A DNA stretch of 63,517 nucleotides, the filler included, from Octopus bimaculoides (lineage: Eukaryota), in NCBI RefSeq assembly GCF_001194135.2. It is 7 parts of 6 records of this genome, joined end to end, with 100 filler letters (N's around TTAATTAATTAA, not from the genome) between each part and the next. Parts side by side here need not be neighbours in the genome. Positions count along the whole stretch, not along the records: positions 13,747 to 30,007 come from NC_068984.1; positions 30,108 to 39,411 come from NC_068986.1; 5 more parts are not named here. The stretch is one strand, 5' to 3'. Shown piece after piece: positions 25,506-36,839 of this stretch. The notes under the pieces were generated by a model, which was not told the DNA's origin, searched no databases, and saw nothing but the letters and a program-made list of their open reading frames with translations. Position 1 is the first letter of the stretch; every line of letters starts with the position of its first letter. Both the position numbers and the translations under genes were made by a program.

Positions 25506-25760
25506 TCAAAGAGCAGATCTTCCACTTTGCAAGTCCATAACTGGAATTGGTGGAGAAGCAAACATTGGGAGACATGAATTGACAAAACTGTTTAAAGAGA
25601 GACTCTTCTGTGGGAGTCTAAAAGGGAATGTGCCGGAAAGTTTGTCAATCAGAGTTTTTAGGGAGACAAAGTCTAGGACTTTTGCTTTTGCATTTGAATT
25701 TGCAGCAGAAGCAGCAGCAGCAGCAGAAGCAGTAGCAGTAGCAGTAGTAGCAGCACTGTC
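25506..25760 (-). CDS. Possible terminal coding exon, unknown protein (Ala/Thr run, then KVLDFVSLKTLIDKLSGTFPFRLP...PPIPVMDLQSGRSAL*)
   Basis: 84 open codons after an AG in unique sequence; weak polypyrimidine tract; no recognised domain. Confidence 0.2.
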   Translation of the reverse strand, partial: DSAATTATATASAAAAASAANSNAKAKVLDFVSLKTLIDKLSGTFPFRLPQKSLSLNSFVNSCLPMFASPPIPVMDLQSGRSAL

Positions 25761-25904
25761 CTAGATGCTGAAGTTACACTAAGGTTCATCACTAATTCTA
25801 GAAGGTACACTGTCATCATCATCATCATCGTTGTCAGCATTGTTGTCATTGTTGTTGTCATCTTCATTGTCGTCATTATCATCATCATTGTCATCGTCAT
25901 CACT

Positions 25905-25936
<32 letters not shown>

Positions 25937-26339
25937 CATCATTNNNNNNNNNNNNNNNNNNNNNNNNNNNNNNNNNNNNNNNNNNNNNNNNNNNNNNNNN
26001 NNNNNNNNNNNNNNNNNNNNNNNNNNNNNNNNNNNNNNNNNNNNNNNNNNNNNNNNNNNNNNNNNNNNNNNNNNNNNNNNNNNNNNNNNNNNNNNNNNNN
26101 NNNNNNNNNNNNNNNNNNNNNNNNNNNNNNNNNNNNNNNNNNNNNNNNNNNNNNNNNNNNNNNNNNNNNNNNNNNNNNNNNNNNNNNNNNNNNNNNNNNN
26201 NNNNNNNNNNNNNNNNNNNNNNNNNNNTAATTCTAGAAGGTACACTGTCATCATCATCATCATCGTTGTCGTCATTGTTGTCATTGTTGTTGTCATCTTC
26301 ATTGTCGTCATTATCATCATCATTGTCATCGTCATCACT

Positions 26340-26371
<32 letters not shown>

Positions 26372-27371
26372 CATCATTTTGTTTCTCATTGTCGTCATTG
26401 TCATCATCATCATCATCTTCATCACTATCGCCAGCATCGTTGCCATCATCGTTATTGTCATCACCAGCACCAGCACCACCACCACCACCACCACTACCAC
26501 CACCACCACCAAAACCACCACCAAAACCACCACNNNNNNNNNNNNNNNNNNNNNNNNNNNNNNNNNNNNNNNNNNNNNNNNNNNNNNNNNNNNNNNNNNN
26601 NNNNNNNNNNNNNNNNNNNNNNNNNNNNNNNNNNNNNNNNNNNNNNNNNNNNNNNNNNNNNNNNNNNNNNNNNNNNNNNNNNNNNNNNNNNNNNNNNNNN
26701 NNNNNNNNNNNNNNNNNNNNNNNNNNNNNNNNNNNNNNNNNNNNNNNNNNNNNNNNNNNNNNNNNNNNNNNNNNNNNNNNNNNNNNNNNNNNNNNNNNNN
26801 NNNNNNNNNNNNNNNNNNNNNNNNNNNNNNNNNNNNNNNNNNNNNNNNNNNNNNNNNNNNNNNNNNNNNNNNNNNNNNNNNNNNNNNNNNNNNNNNNNNN
26901 NNNNNNNNNNNNNNNNNNNNNNNNNNNNNNNNNNNNNNNNNNNNNNNNNNNNNNNNNNNNNNNNNNNNNNNNNNNNNNNNNNNNNNNNNNNNNNNNNNNN
27001 NNNNNNNNNNNNNNNNNNNNNNNNNNNNNNNNNNNNNNNNNNNNNNNNNNNNNNNNNNNNNNNNNNNNNNNNNNNNNNNNNNNNNNNNNNNNNNNNNNNN
27101 NNNNNNNNNNNNNNNNNNNNNNNNNNNNNNNNNNNNNNNNNNNNNNNNNNNNNNNNNNNNNNNNNNNNNNNNNNNNNNNNNNNNNNNNNNNNNNNNNNNN
27201 NNNNNNNNNNNNNNNNNNNNNNNNNNNNNNNNNNNNNNNNNNNNNNNNNNNNNNNNNNNNNNNNNNNNNNNNNNNNNNNNNNNNNNNNNNNNNNNNNNNN
27301 NNNNNNNNNNNNNNNNNNNNNNNNNNNNNNNNNNNNNNNNNNNNNNNNNNNNNNNNNNNNNNNNNNNNNNN

Positions 27372-27491
27372 TTTGTAAGCCTAGTACTTATTCTATCTTA
27401 TTCTCTTTTGCCGAACCGCTAAGTTACGGGGATATAAACACACCAACATCGGTTGTCAAGCGATGCTAGGAGGACAAACACAGACACACAA

Positions 27492-27536
<45 letters not shown>

Positions 27537-27630
27537 TACGACAGGCTTCTTTCAGTTTCCATCTACCAAATCCACTCACAAAGCTTTGGTCGGCCTGAGG
27601 CTATAGCAGAAGATACTTGCCCAAGGTGCC
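27372..27630 (-). mobile_element. SINE family B, internal part
   Basis: Family B motifs. Confidence 0.88.
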
Positions 27631-27679
27631 GGCGACCAACTTCTGGTCAACATACCAATAAAGAAGTTTTCTCCCTTAA

Positions 27680-27899
27680 GCCATTAGCATTTACCTTGGC
27701 CGTATCGGGCCCAAAACATTCTCCGTTTTATGTTCAAACAAACCAGATCCAGTCTTTCCAATCTACCCTACAATGTCATTCTAAGAATAAAACAGTTACA
27801 TCACTGAAGCTTTGAAGCTACATGATAACATATGATTAATTCAAAACAATTTGAATAAACTGGGATTACATTCGACAAAGTAATCTGAACGCTAAAGGG
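27680..27899. mobile_element. piggyBac-type MITE
   Basis: TTAA at 27676-27679 and 27900-27903; imperfect TIRs GCCATTAGCATT / AACGCTAAAGGG. Confidence 0.65.
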
Positions 27900-30800
27900 T
27901 TAATGCAGTCGACCCAGAATAACAAGCTCTACCACTTCCACATTAGAGAATGACTACTTCAACAATCACAGCTATAACACAGTGACAAGAAGCCAGCTGC
28001 AGTCATGATTTCTATTAAACTGACCAGCCAACCAACCAGCCAGCCAGCCAGCCAGCCAGCCAGCTAGCCAGCCAGCCAGCCAGCCAACCAACCTATATTG
28101 ACTATTTACTACTATTGACCAAGCACTTTAAACTGTCACTGCTACTTGTCTTACACATGCAACCATGTATATTCTCATTCATATTACTTAATATATTAGT
28201 ATTACTTCAATCAGGAGTGATTCATGATTAAATCTTTGTAATAATAATAAATATATATTTCCATCATCATCATTTAACGTCTGCCTTCCATGCTAGCATG
28301 GGTTGGATGATTTGACAGAGGACAAAATCTTATGTTGACCCCCCCCAAAGGGGGAACATAAATTGTGACTAAAGTTTGGTGGAAGATTTTAATTCAGAAC
28401 TTATGAAAACAAGACACTTGTTCTCAAAGCCAGAGCTGATTTCAGCCAGGTTGGTATCAAAAGGGTTAAATTAGTCATTTGTTAACCTTTTTGTTATCAT
28501 ATTTCTGTTGAAACAACAGGTTTCTTTCAGTTTCCATCTGCTAAATTCACTCACAAGACTTCAGTCAGCCCACAGTCATAACAGAAGGTACTTGCTCAAG
28601 GAAGAGTAGTGAAGTGGGACTGCACCTGAAACCACATGCTTAGGAAACAAACCACTTGACCACACACATACACCTCTTCATAAATGTGTGTGTGTGTGTG
28701 TGTGTGTGTGAGTAAATGCTATCACATGATTTACAGCTACCCCATTCAACAGCAGATCTGTTACTCATAAGAACATAGAACAAATTTTGGATATAGTAAA
28801 AAGTGCAGTCACCATGCAGATGATAGAAAATAATGAAGAAGCAACAAATGCCTAACCACAAATTTGAGAAAATTCTAATTCTCTGAGGAGAAAACCAGAA
28901 ATAAAAAAATAAATATGTGTACCCATGACTACAAGAATGGTTGGAGTTTGAAAGAATGGCTAGAGGATGACTACAAGGAAATCTTTCAAGCGAGCAATGG
29001 AGAGTTCAGTCATTTCAATATTGTACAATCTACAAATTAAAGAAAGGACAAGGTAAAATATATTGATAGCTGCAAGTAATAATGTATAAAGAATATGAGA
29101 AAATATTATACAAAATGGAGGACATAGTAGTAATGATTCATTGCCAATGAATATAAAATGCTGTTCCCCTTCGGATAAAATGAAAGAAGGGTTTAATACA
29201 TACAGGGGAATACATATAAGACTTCAAGTTAACATCTATATCAATTTATGACATGTTGATCAGAATCAAAGCCAGTTGCAAGTCATGAGGTATATGTATA
29301 CATACATAATTGTTTACTGTTTATGACAGCCCATCAAAAGTGATGACAGCCAAAACAATTGTCCTCTTTTGCTTCTGGTATATTGTGTCCCATAGGAGCA
29401 GACATGGCTCACAAGACTGATATGAGATTGGCAGATCCTGTGGTACTGACAGCACTGGAAGTGACCCCAAACAACAGCCACAGTAGGGATGGCACACACA
29501 CATAGATACAGTATGTAGCATATCCTCCAAATACTTCCCCCACTACCCATGCCAAATCACCATATTGACTCCCCCTCCCATTCATCTCCCAATCTCTTTT
29601 CACAATCTCTCAAATTTACCCACCCACTCACCCTATCCAGTCTCTGGCCCACTTCACTATATACACCTCTGAATAACTTGGGTGTACACCCCATCACATT
29701 TTTACCATCATATTCTTTCTCTTTTTTCTCTCTTCTCTCTCTCCCCCTCTCTTCTCTCTTCCCCTCTCTTCCCTCTCTCTCCCCTTCTCTCTCTCTCTCC
29801 ATTCTCTCTCCAACTGAGGTAGCCATGTATCACCTCTACTACGAGATACCTATGTCTGTCCTTCTGTTAATGCTCTAACTTCTCCTCGCCTGGCACAAAT
29901 CCACCTCCTTCAATATTCTTTTCTACTCTAGTCACAAGGCCCGAAATTTTCTGGGAGGGCATCATTTAATTAGATCGACACTTGTACACAACTGGTACTT
30001 AATTTATNNNNNNNNNNNNNNNNNNNNNNNNNNNNNNNNNNNNNNNNNNNNTTAATTAATTAANNNNNNNNNNNNNNNNNNNNNNNNNNNNNNNNNNNNN
30101 NNNNNNNATATATATATATATATATATATAAACATAGATATTGACCCCCATTTGACATAGCATAATTCCTACCATAAATCTGAAAGCTTCCTAGAAATAT
30201 ACCTTTAGGGAGTGTGGGGGACCTCTTCCCTACCTCTTCAGGAACAATTATAAGTCATCGCCCTCTTATCACCGCTCTCGTACTTTTCTGGTAGAGAACT
30301 ATCAGCTCAGTTGACATATCTCTTCCATTTTCCTTCATTTTTCTAGGATGTTCGACAATTCCAGAAACAATTACTTTTCATCCGCATTCACAAATATTAA
30401 TTGTTGATGATACTATGTTATTCATTTTATTTGTCCCATAGTGGTGCTATCTCTGGCCCTTTGAATTATAGGTACCACTCATTTATGCCAGTTGTGTGCA
30501 CTGGAGCAACGGGAAATAAAGTGTCTTGCTCAAGGACACAACGCGCCGCGGGGAATCGAACTCACAACCTTACGATCGCGATCCGAATGACCTAACCACT
30601 AAGCCACGTGCCTTCACCACCCAAATAATGGGGTCGAATAAATAATCGAATATCTTCCCTCCTAGGATTGCCGGCCTTGTGCCAAAAGTTAGAAACCACT
30701 GTTGTCATTGTTATTACTGCTGTTTCTGACGGTGAATAATGCTTTTTTTTTTTTGTGTGTTTATTTCTAACAAGTACAAAACTACACATCTTAAAGGGAG

Positions 30801-32850
30801 AGACAGACAGGTACTTTTGATCTTATCCAGTCGAGGAAAGCCAGTGGGAACGAAATCAGAATGGAATAAAAAGAAACAAAATGAAAAAAAAAAGCGGAAA
30901 TAAATATATGGAGGTAATTTGTCTGATACATTATCGATATTGCAGATCAAAAATCTATAAAGATTTCTGATTTAAGGAAAAGGCCTTTAAATTTGAGGTG
31001 AGAATATTAGTCGCTGCCATCGACTCTACTAGCTGATTTTGTTGACTTCGAAGGGATAAAAAGGAAAAAAAAAAAGTTGACCTCAATGGGATTTGAACTC
31101 AGAACTTGGACATCTAAAACAAATGCCCCACCCTCCACCCCAAAAGCATTCATCCCCTCCAACGTGTTAACGTTCCTCGGAGCTCGCCGTCTTTCGAAAT
31201 GCTGTAATAAAAATGATTTATAATCACAAATGATGTAGTAGTAGTAGTAGTAGTAGTAGCAGTTGTTGTTGTTGTTGCTGCTGCTGCTGCAGCCCCAAAA
31301 ATTGTGGTACCGATCCATTTATCTTCCAGCGCCCGTCTATGATTAGATCTCAGTTACGTAAAATTGTTTAGAATTCCAGAAATTGCTAACCAAGATTTAA
31401 AGCATTGATATAAATCAACTATTGAAGTGCGGACGCTGCTGCCCTGATATACGAGGGTTAGGGGTTGGGTGCTATTGGTTTGACTGACTCGGTTAGTGTA
31501 CTGGCGTCTAAAACAGGAACGTCTGTTGATTTATTCCGAAAGGCCAGTGAGCTGCCATTCAGGGTGAAACAAGTCCTTATACAGAACACGATTAGAATTG
31601 CTGTATCAAAAAGATTTATTCGAAGATTTTAATACGTCACGGCGGGTCAGTGTTTTGGCCTTTTTCTGATCTGAACTGTGTCTTGTATTAGTACGCGATC
31701 ATTACTGAACTATTGGTATAGAATCTTGTATATATCTATTTCACCTTGCAATGAGGAAATGTAGAATAAAGTGTTCAGTTTTGTAAAAGAAAATTTAAAA
31801 AAACATTAGAATAAAATAAAAATAGAAATAACGGATCTGAAAGGAATTTGAACTCACAATCTTGCTCTCTCTCGACCATTTTATGATAACACAAACTCGA
31901 TTATATTGAATTATCAGATAAATTCGTTCACTTTTTCTCCCATTTATCTTAATTCTTTCCAATGCAATTTAAATTAACACAAAATGTAATCGGTGTGTTT
32001 TACAGTTTTCATAGCTCTAATCTTCCTCTGTAACTTTTGCTTATCGATTTTGAAATTCGAGCTAATTTTACTTCTTTTCATGCATTTGATTATGTAGAAA
32101 AGAATAAACGAATTAATCTATCTGACAAGCCAATAGATATGTCCTATATCTAATATAATATTGCTGCTGTTGTTTACCCTGCTGCTGTTTATCCTTAAGA
32201 AGGTTCCTATCAAACAGGTCTAAAGCCTAATGAATTGCAGCCGTGATTATCATGTTTTTTTCATTTAATTTCTGTTCAGCCAAACAGTATCTAAGACTAC
32301 TTGTTGTGCCCCGATAAAGGAGAAAAATCGTAAAGGGGAAAAATCAATTCTACGTTAAGATAAGGCGAGACTTGAAGTTTGAATTCTAAATCAAAGTTTA
32401 AAGAGACTGGTGTATAGAATATACACATTTGGTATTTTTTTCACAGTATGAAGATCTTAAAATTTTCCAGTCATTGGTTGCCATATATAGCGTTATTTCA
32501 TCCTTATTTCAGAATGATCAGTACGGCCTAAGGCGAAGCACATAAATTACGCTAAACTAAACACTTGTACGAAGCTAGACAATTCTTACATTAAATAATT
32601 TAAGTTTGAAAGGCATTCATGAGATTTTTTTTTCTGTCTCATCATTGATCGTTAATATCTGAGTAACAGAGTAAGAAACTAACACGTAGATTAATATATA
32701 TGAATTTTGACATGTATGGGACTTTAGTTTGCGTTCTCAGCATCGCCAAAACAAACATTATATCGAAACTAGAGTTATAAAAACAGATAATACCACACGT
32801 ATTAAAATAAATATATTCATTTTCAACCAGACATAAATTTATGTTTTGAG

Positions 32851-32882
<32 letters not shown>

Positions 32883-33525
32883 ATATATTCCCAGACATTT
32901 TATGAGAACGAAAAATATTTTAAAATTTTCTCGTAAATATAGTCTGGTGTTACACATACACACTTGAGCTCAATCTAGTGTAACCCACGCCAAAATGGTA
33001 TTATTTCAAATAAGTCATTTTGTCAGTAAAATCTTAGAGCAATATGCTACACAAATGCTATATTTAGGACTAAAAAAACAAACAAATGCGAGTTACTAGT
33101 CTACAAGCAATAAATATTTCACAAATACGATTAGAATGCATTGTCGTACAGATTGTACTAAAGTGCTCATAGATTTCAAAGTACCATATCGAATTATAAC
33201 AGCGACACTTCGTTTACATTTTATTATATTATTCGTCTACATTCGATGTAATTTGATAGAATATAGCCGATTCTGTGGGGCAATTTAGTCAACTTTAAAC
33301 AGAAGTACGTTTGCTGCATAAAGTTTTTGTTGATATACATATATTTAATATTTTCTTTCCAAACCAAAAGACGGTTTGTTGCAGTAACAATAAACAATCT
33401 CAACAAGCCTGTATTAACGACGATGGTGTGCGCGTATCTATGTGCACGTGCATATATATTACGCATACACATGCACACTCGCACGCACGCACACACACAC
33501 AGAGAAACACATACTCACTCACACA

Positions 33526-33563
<38 letters not shown>

Positions 33564-33696
33564 ATGTAGGGTATCTAAGAGATACCACCACGCTGAAATA
33601 GCAGTCAGAACTTGACTCTAAAACCACAATAAATGTTCATATAGCACCAGGAGAGAAGACAAAGAGACAAAATAAACTAGCAAAAATTACTGGATA

Positions 33697-33739
33697 ATTC
33701 CAGATCCCGGATTTCTAGCTCTGCTTTCATCAGTGGAAT
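33697..33739 (-). ncRNA. Minimal type I hammerhead ribozyme motif in a PLE-like terminal repeat
   Basis: ATTCCA | CTGATGA | AAGC-AGA-GCTA | GAAA | TCCGGGA | TC | TGGAAT. Confidence 0.65.
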
Positions 33740-34101
33740 ATACTCAGAAACGCACATAAATATATATATATANNNNNNNNNNNNNNNNNNNNNNNNNNNN
33801 NNNNNNNNNNNNNNNNNNNNNNNNNNNNNNNNNNNNNNNNNNNNNNNNNNNNNNNNNNNNNNNNNNNNNNNNNNNNNNNNNNNNNNNNNNNNNNNNNNNN
33901 NNNNNNNNNNNNNNNNNNNNNNNNNNNNNNNNNNNNNNNNNNNNNNNNNNNNNNNNNNNNNNNNNNNNNNNNNNNNNNNNNNNNNNNNNNNNNNNNNNNN
34001 NNNNNNNNNNNNNNNNNNNNNNNNNNNNNNNNNNNNNNNNNNNNNNNNNNNNNNNNNNNNNNNNNNNNNNNNNNNNNNNNNNNNNNNNNNNNNNNNNNNN
34101 N

Positions 34102-34137
<36 letters not shown>

Positions 34138-34485
34138 CGATATACTTACATATACGAACGTATACATACATATATATGCACGTATGCACACGACCAGTTC
34201 AAATTGCCCGACTAAAAACTCCTCGTGCGATATGGTAAGAAGACACGGGAAAAAGGACGGGAAAGAAGAAAAAGATGGGGAAGAAAAGACGAAGGAGATG
34301 AGGGAGAAAAAGATGAAGACGAGAGATGAGGAGGAGGAGGAGGAGGAGATGATGAGAAGAAGTAGAAGAACAAGATAGAGAAGAGAAGAAGAAAAACGAG
34401 GGAGTAACATCAACATCACCAACAACTAGAACACGAAGAACATTGTCAACAATAAGATTCCTAATTATAGATATCGATCGATAGT

Positions 34486-34550
<65 letters not shown>

Positions 34551-34692
34551 TGAATTTTTCATTCCTCTTTTCTTTCTTTCTTTTCTTTCTTTTATTCACC
34601 CTTCTTCCTTACATATATCTCCTCAAAGTATTATGTCTCATCTTACTTTTGATGGAGATGTCTTGTGAGAAATTGGCAGCAACTGAAGCTGC

Positions 34693-34728
<36 letters not shown>

Positions 34729-34931
34729 AACAACAACAGGAACACAAAAGCAAAAAACTGCAGCAGCAGGAACAACAACAACAACAACAACAACTAAAAT
34801 ACAACAATGTCCAGGATAACAAGAAGAACGACAAAAACAGCAACAACTTCCATTAAAAGAACGCCGACTTAAGCAACAAAATGACCATCATGACCGCCAC
34901 CGCCACCTCTACAACAATAACAACAACAGCA

Positions 34932-34976
<45 letters not shown>

Positions 34977-35051
34977 GCTACTATTACTACTACTACTACT
35001 ACTACTGTTGCTGCTGCTGATGTCTTAATGCTGCTGCTAAAACTACTGCAG

Positions 35052-35094
<43 letters not shown>

Positions 35095-35235
35095 CGATGA
35101 CGATCATTATGATGATGATGATGATGACGATGATGACGATGATGATGATGATGATGATGATTGGTAGGAAAGGGCTGATTATAATGTTAATGATGATGAT
35201 TATGATGATGTTCAGAAGGGGAGGAGGAAGAGGAG

Positions 35236-35267
<32 letters not shown>

Positions 35268-36549
35268 GGTTGTTGATGATGATTATGATGATGATGATAA
35301 TGACGACGACGACAACGACTACGATAACGATGCCACCGATGATGACGATGGCGATGATAATGACGACTATGATGGTAGTGGTGATGACGATGATGATGAG
35401 GATGATGATGAGGAGGAGGAGGAGGACGAAGATGATGATGATGACGATGATAATGATGATGATAATGATGATGATGATGATGATGATAATGGTGGTGGTG
35501 ATGGTGACGACTACGATGATGATTATGATGACGACGACGATAATGACGACCACGACGACAATGATGATAATGATGATGATGATGATAGCAGCCAACCACA
35601 AACATCAATGCCAAGCGACTAAATGTAATTGTGCGGGACAGATAAGATATATGAAAGCTTTATTGATGATAGTTGATCTCTGTGATGTTGTCAATGAGCC
35701 GCCATTGCTGGTCTCAGTACTCGTCTACTACCACCACCACCACCACCGCTACCCACTGGCACCACCGCCACCCCCATCATCTCCAGCATCGCCACCATCA
35801 CCATCAACATTACTACAGCACCCAACATCAACCGCGACAATAAAAACGTTAATATCGCCAACATCACCGCCACCACAACCAGCACCACCACCACCAGCGC
35901 CGCCTCCTCTTCCGCCTACACATAAGTAAAATTATTTACATGAATATCAAAGCTTCCACCCTTAACACCACCATCGTCATAGCCATCAACGCCACCATCA
36001 CCACCACCACCGTCGCCGAATTGGTGAATATGCTTTTATCTGGTCGTTCAACGTATGAAGAAATTGAAGCCGAAATTTCTTCATATCGCACTCTTATTAT
36101 CTGTCCTACTACAGGAAATACACATTGGATAATGTAGTCCAAGATATACTATTGCCTGAAAAAGAGAAAGTTGGTTGGTCAATAATGGATTGTCTTTCAT
36201 CTTATGTTGTTCGATCAGCGTAAACGTAGGGCTAAACAATATCGAAAACTATAACCACAACCAGAATTAATAACATAATATTTCTATTATAGGTACAGGG
36301 ACGGAATTTTGTAAGAAAGGGCGGAGCGATTTCAGTTATCGCAGTATTTGACTGGTACTTAATTTTTTGACCCCGAAAGGATTATCCAAAGTTGACCAGA
36401 GCGCATGTTGAACTCAGAACGTAAAGCCAGTAGAAATATTGCTAAGCATTTTGTCCAACATGCTAACGATTCTGTCAGCTCACCGTTTTCAAAATTAGTA
36501 ACGTAATAACCATTAGTATGACCTAGACCAACACAATCACCATTGTTAA

Positions 36550-36839
36550 CCCATTACCTACCAGTGATCTCATATGAGATCACTTAAAAATTACAAATTT
36601 CGTAATTATCTGTCAATATTTACACATAACTAACCTTTTTGCTATATCTATTAGGTATATTTCTCTAATATTCAAATGAGGTTTGCTAATTTTTCACCCA
36701 ATATCTCGCTTATTTCTATTTAAAATGCTATTTTGAAATGTTATGTTGATCATTCCAGCATGTTTCTAAGTCTGTTTTATTCTAGAAATCAAAGTTTCAT
36801 TAAAAAATTCCAGCTAATAGAATTATGGAAGGTAATGGG
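36550..36839. mobile_element. piggyBac-type MITE
   Basis: TTAA at 36546-36549 and 36840-36843; TIR CCCATTACCTACCA / TGGAAGGTAATGGG (13/14). Confidence 0.82.

Noticed and set aside
31456-31472. GGGTTAGGGGTTGGG telomere- or G4-like stretch
   Set aside because: Too short, with a single TTAGGG; expected by chance.
36054-36085. 12-bp AT-rich hairpin TATGAAGAAATT/AATTTCTTCATA
   Set aside because: Short and AT-rich with no supporting context.
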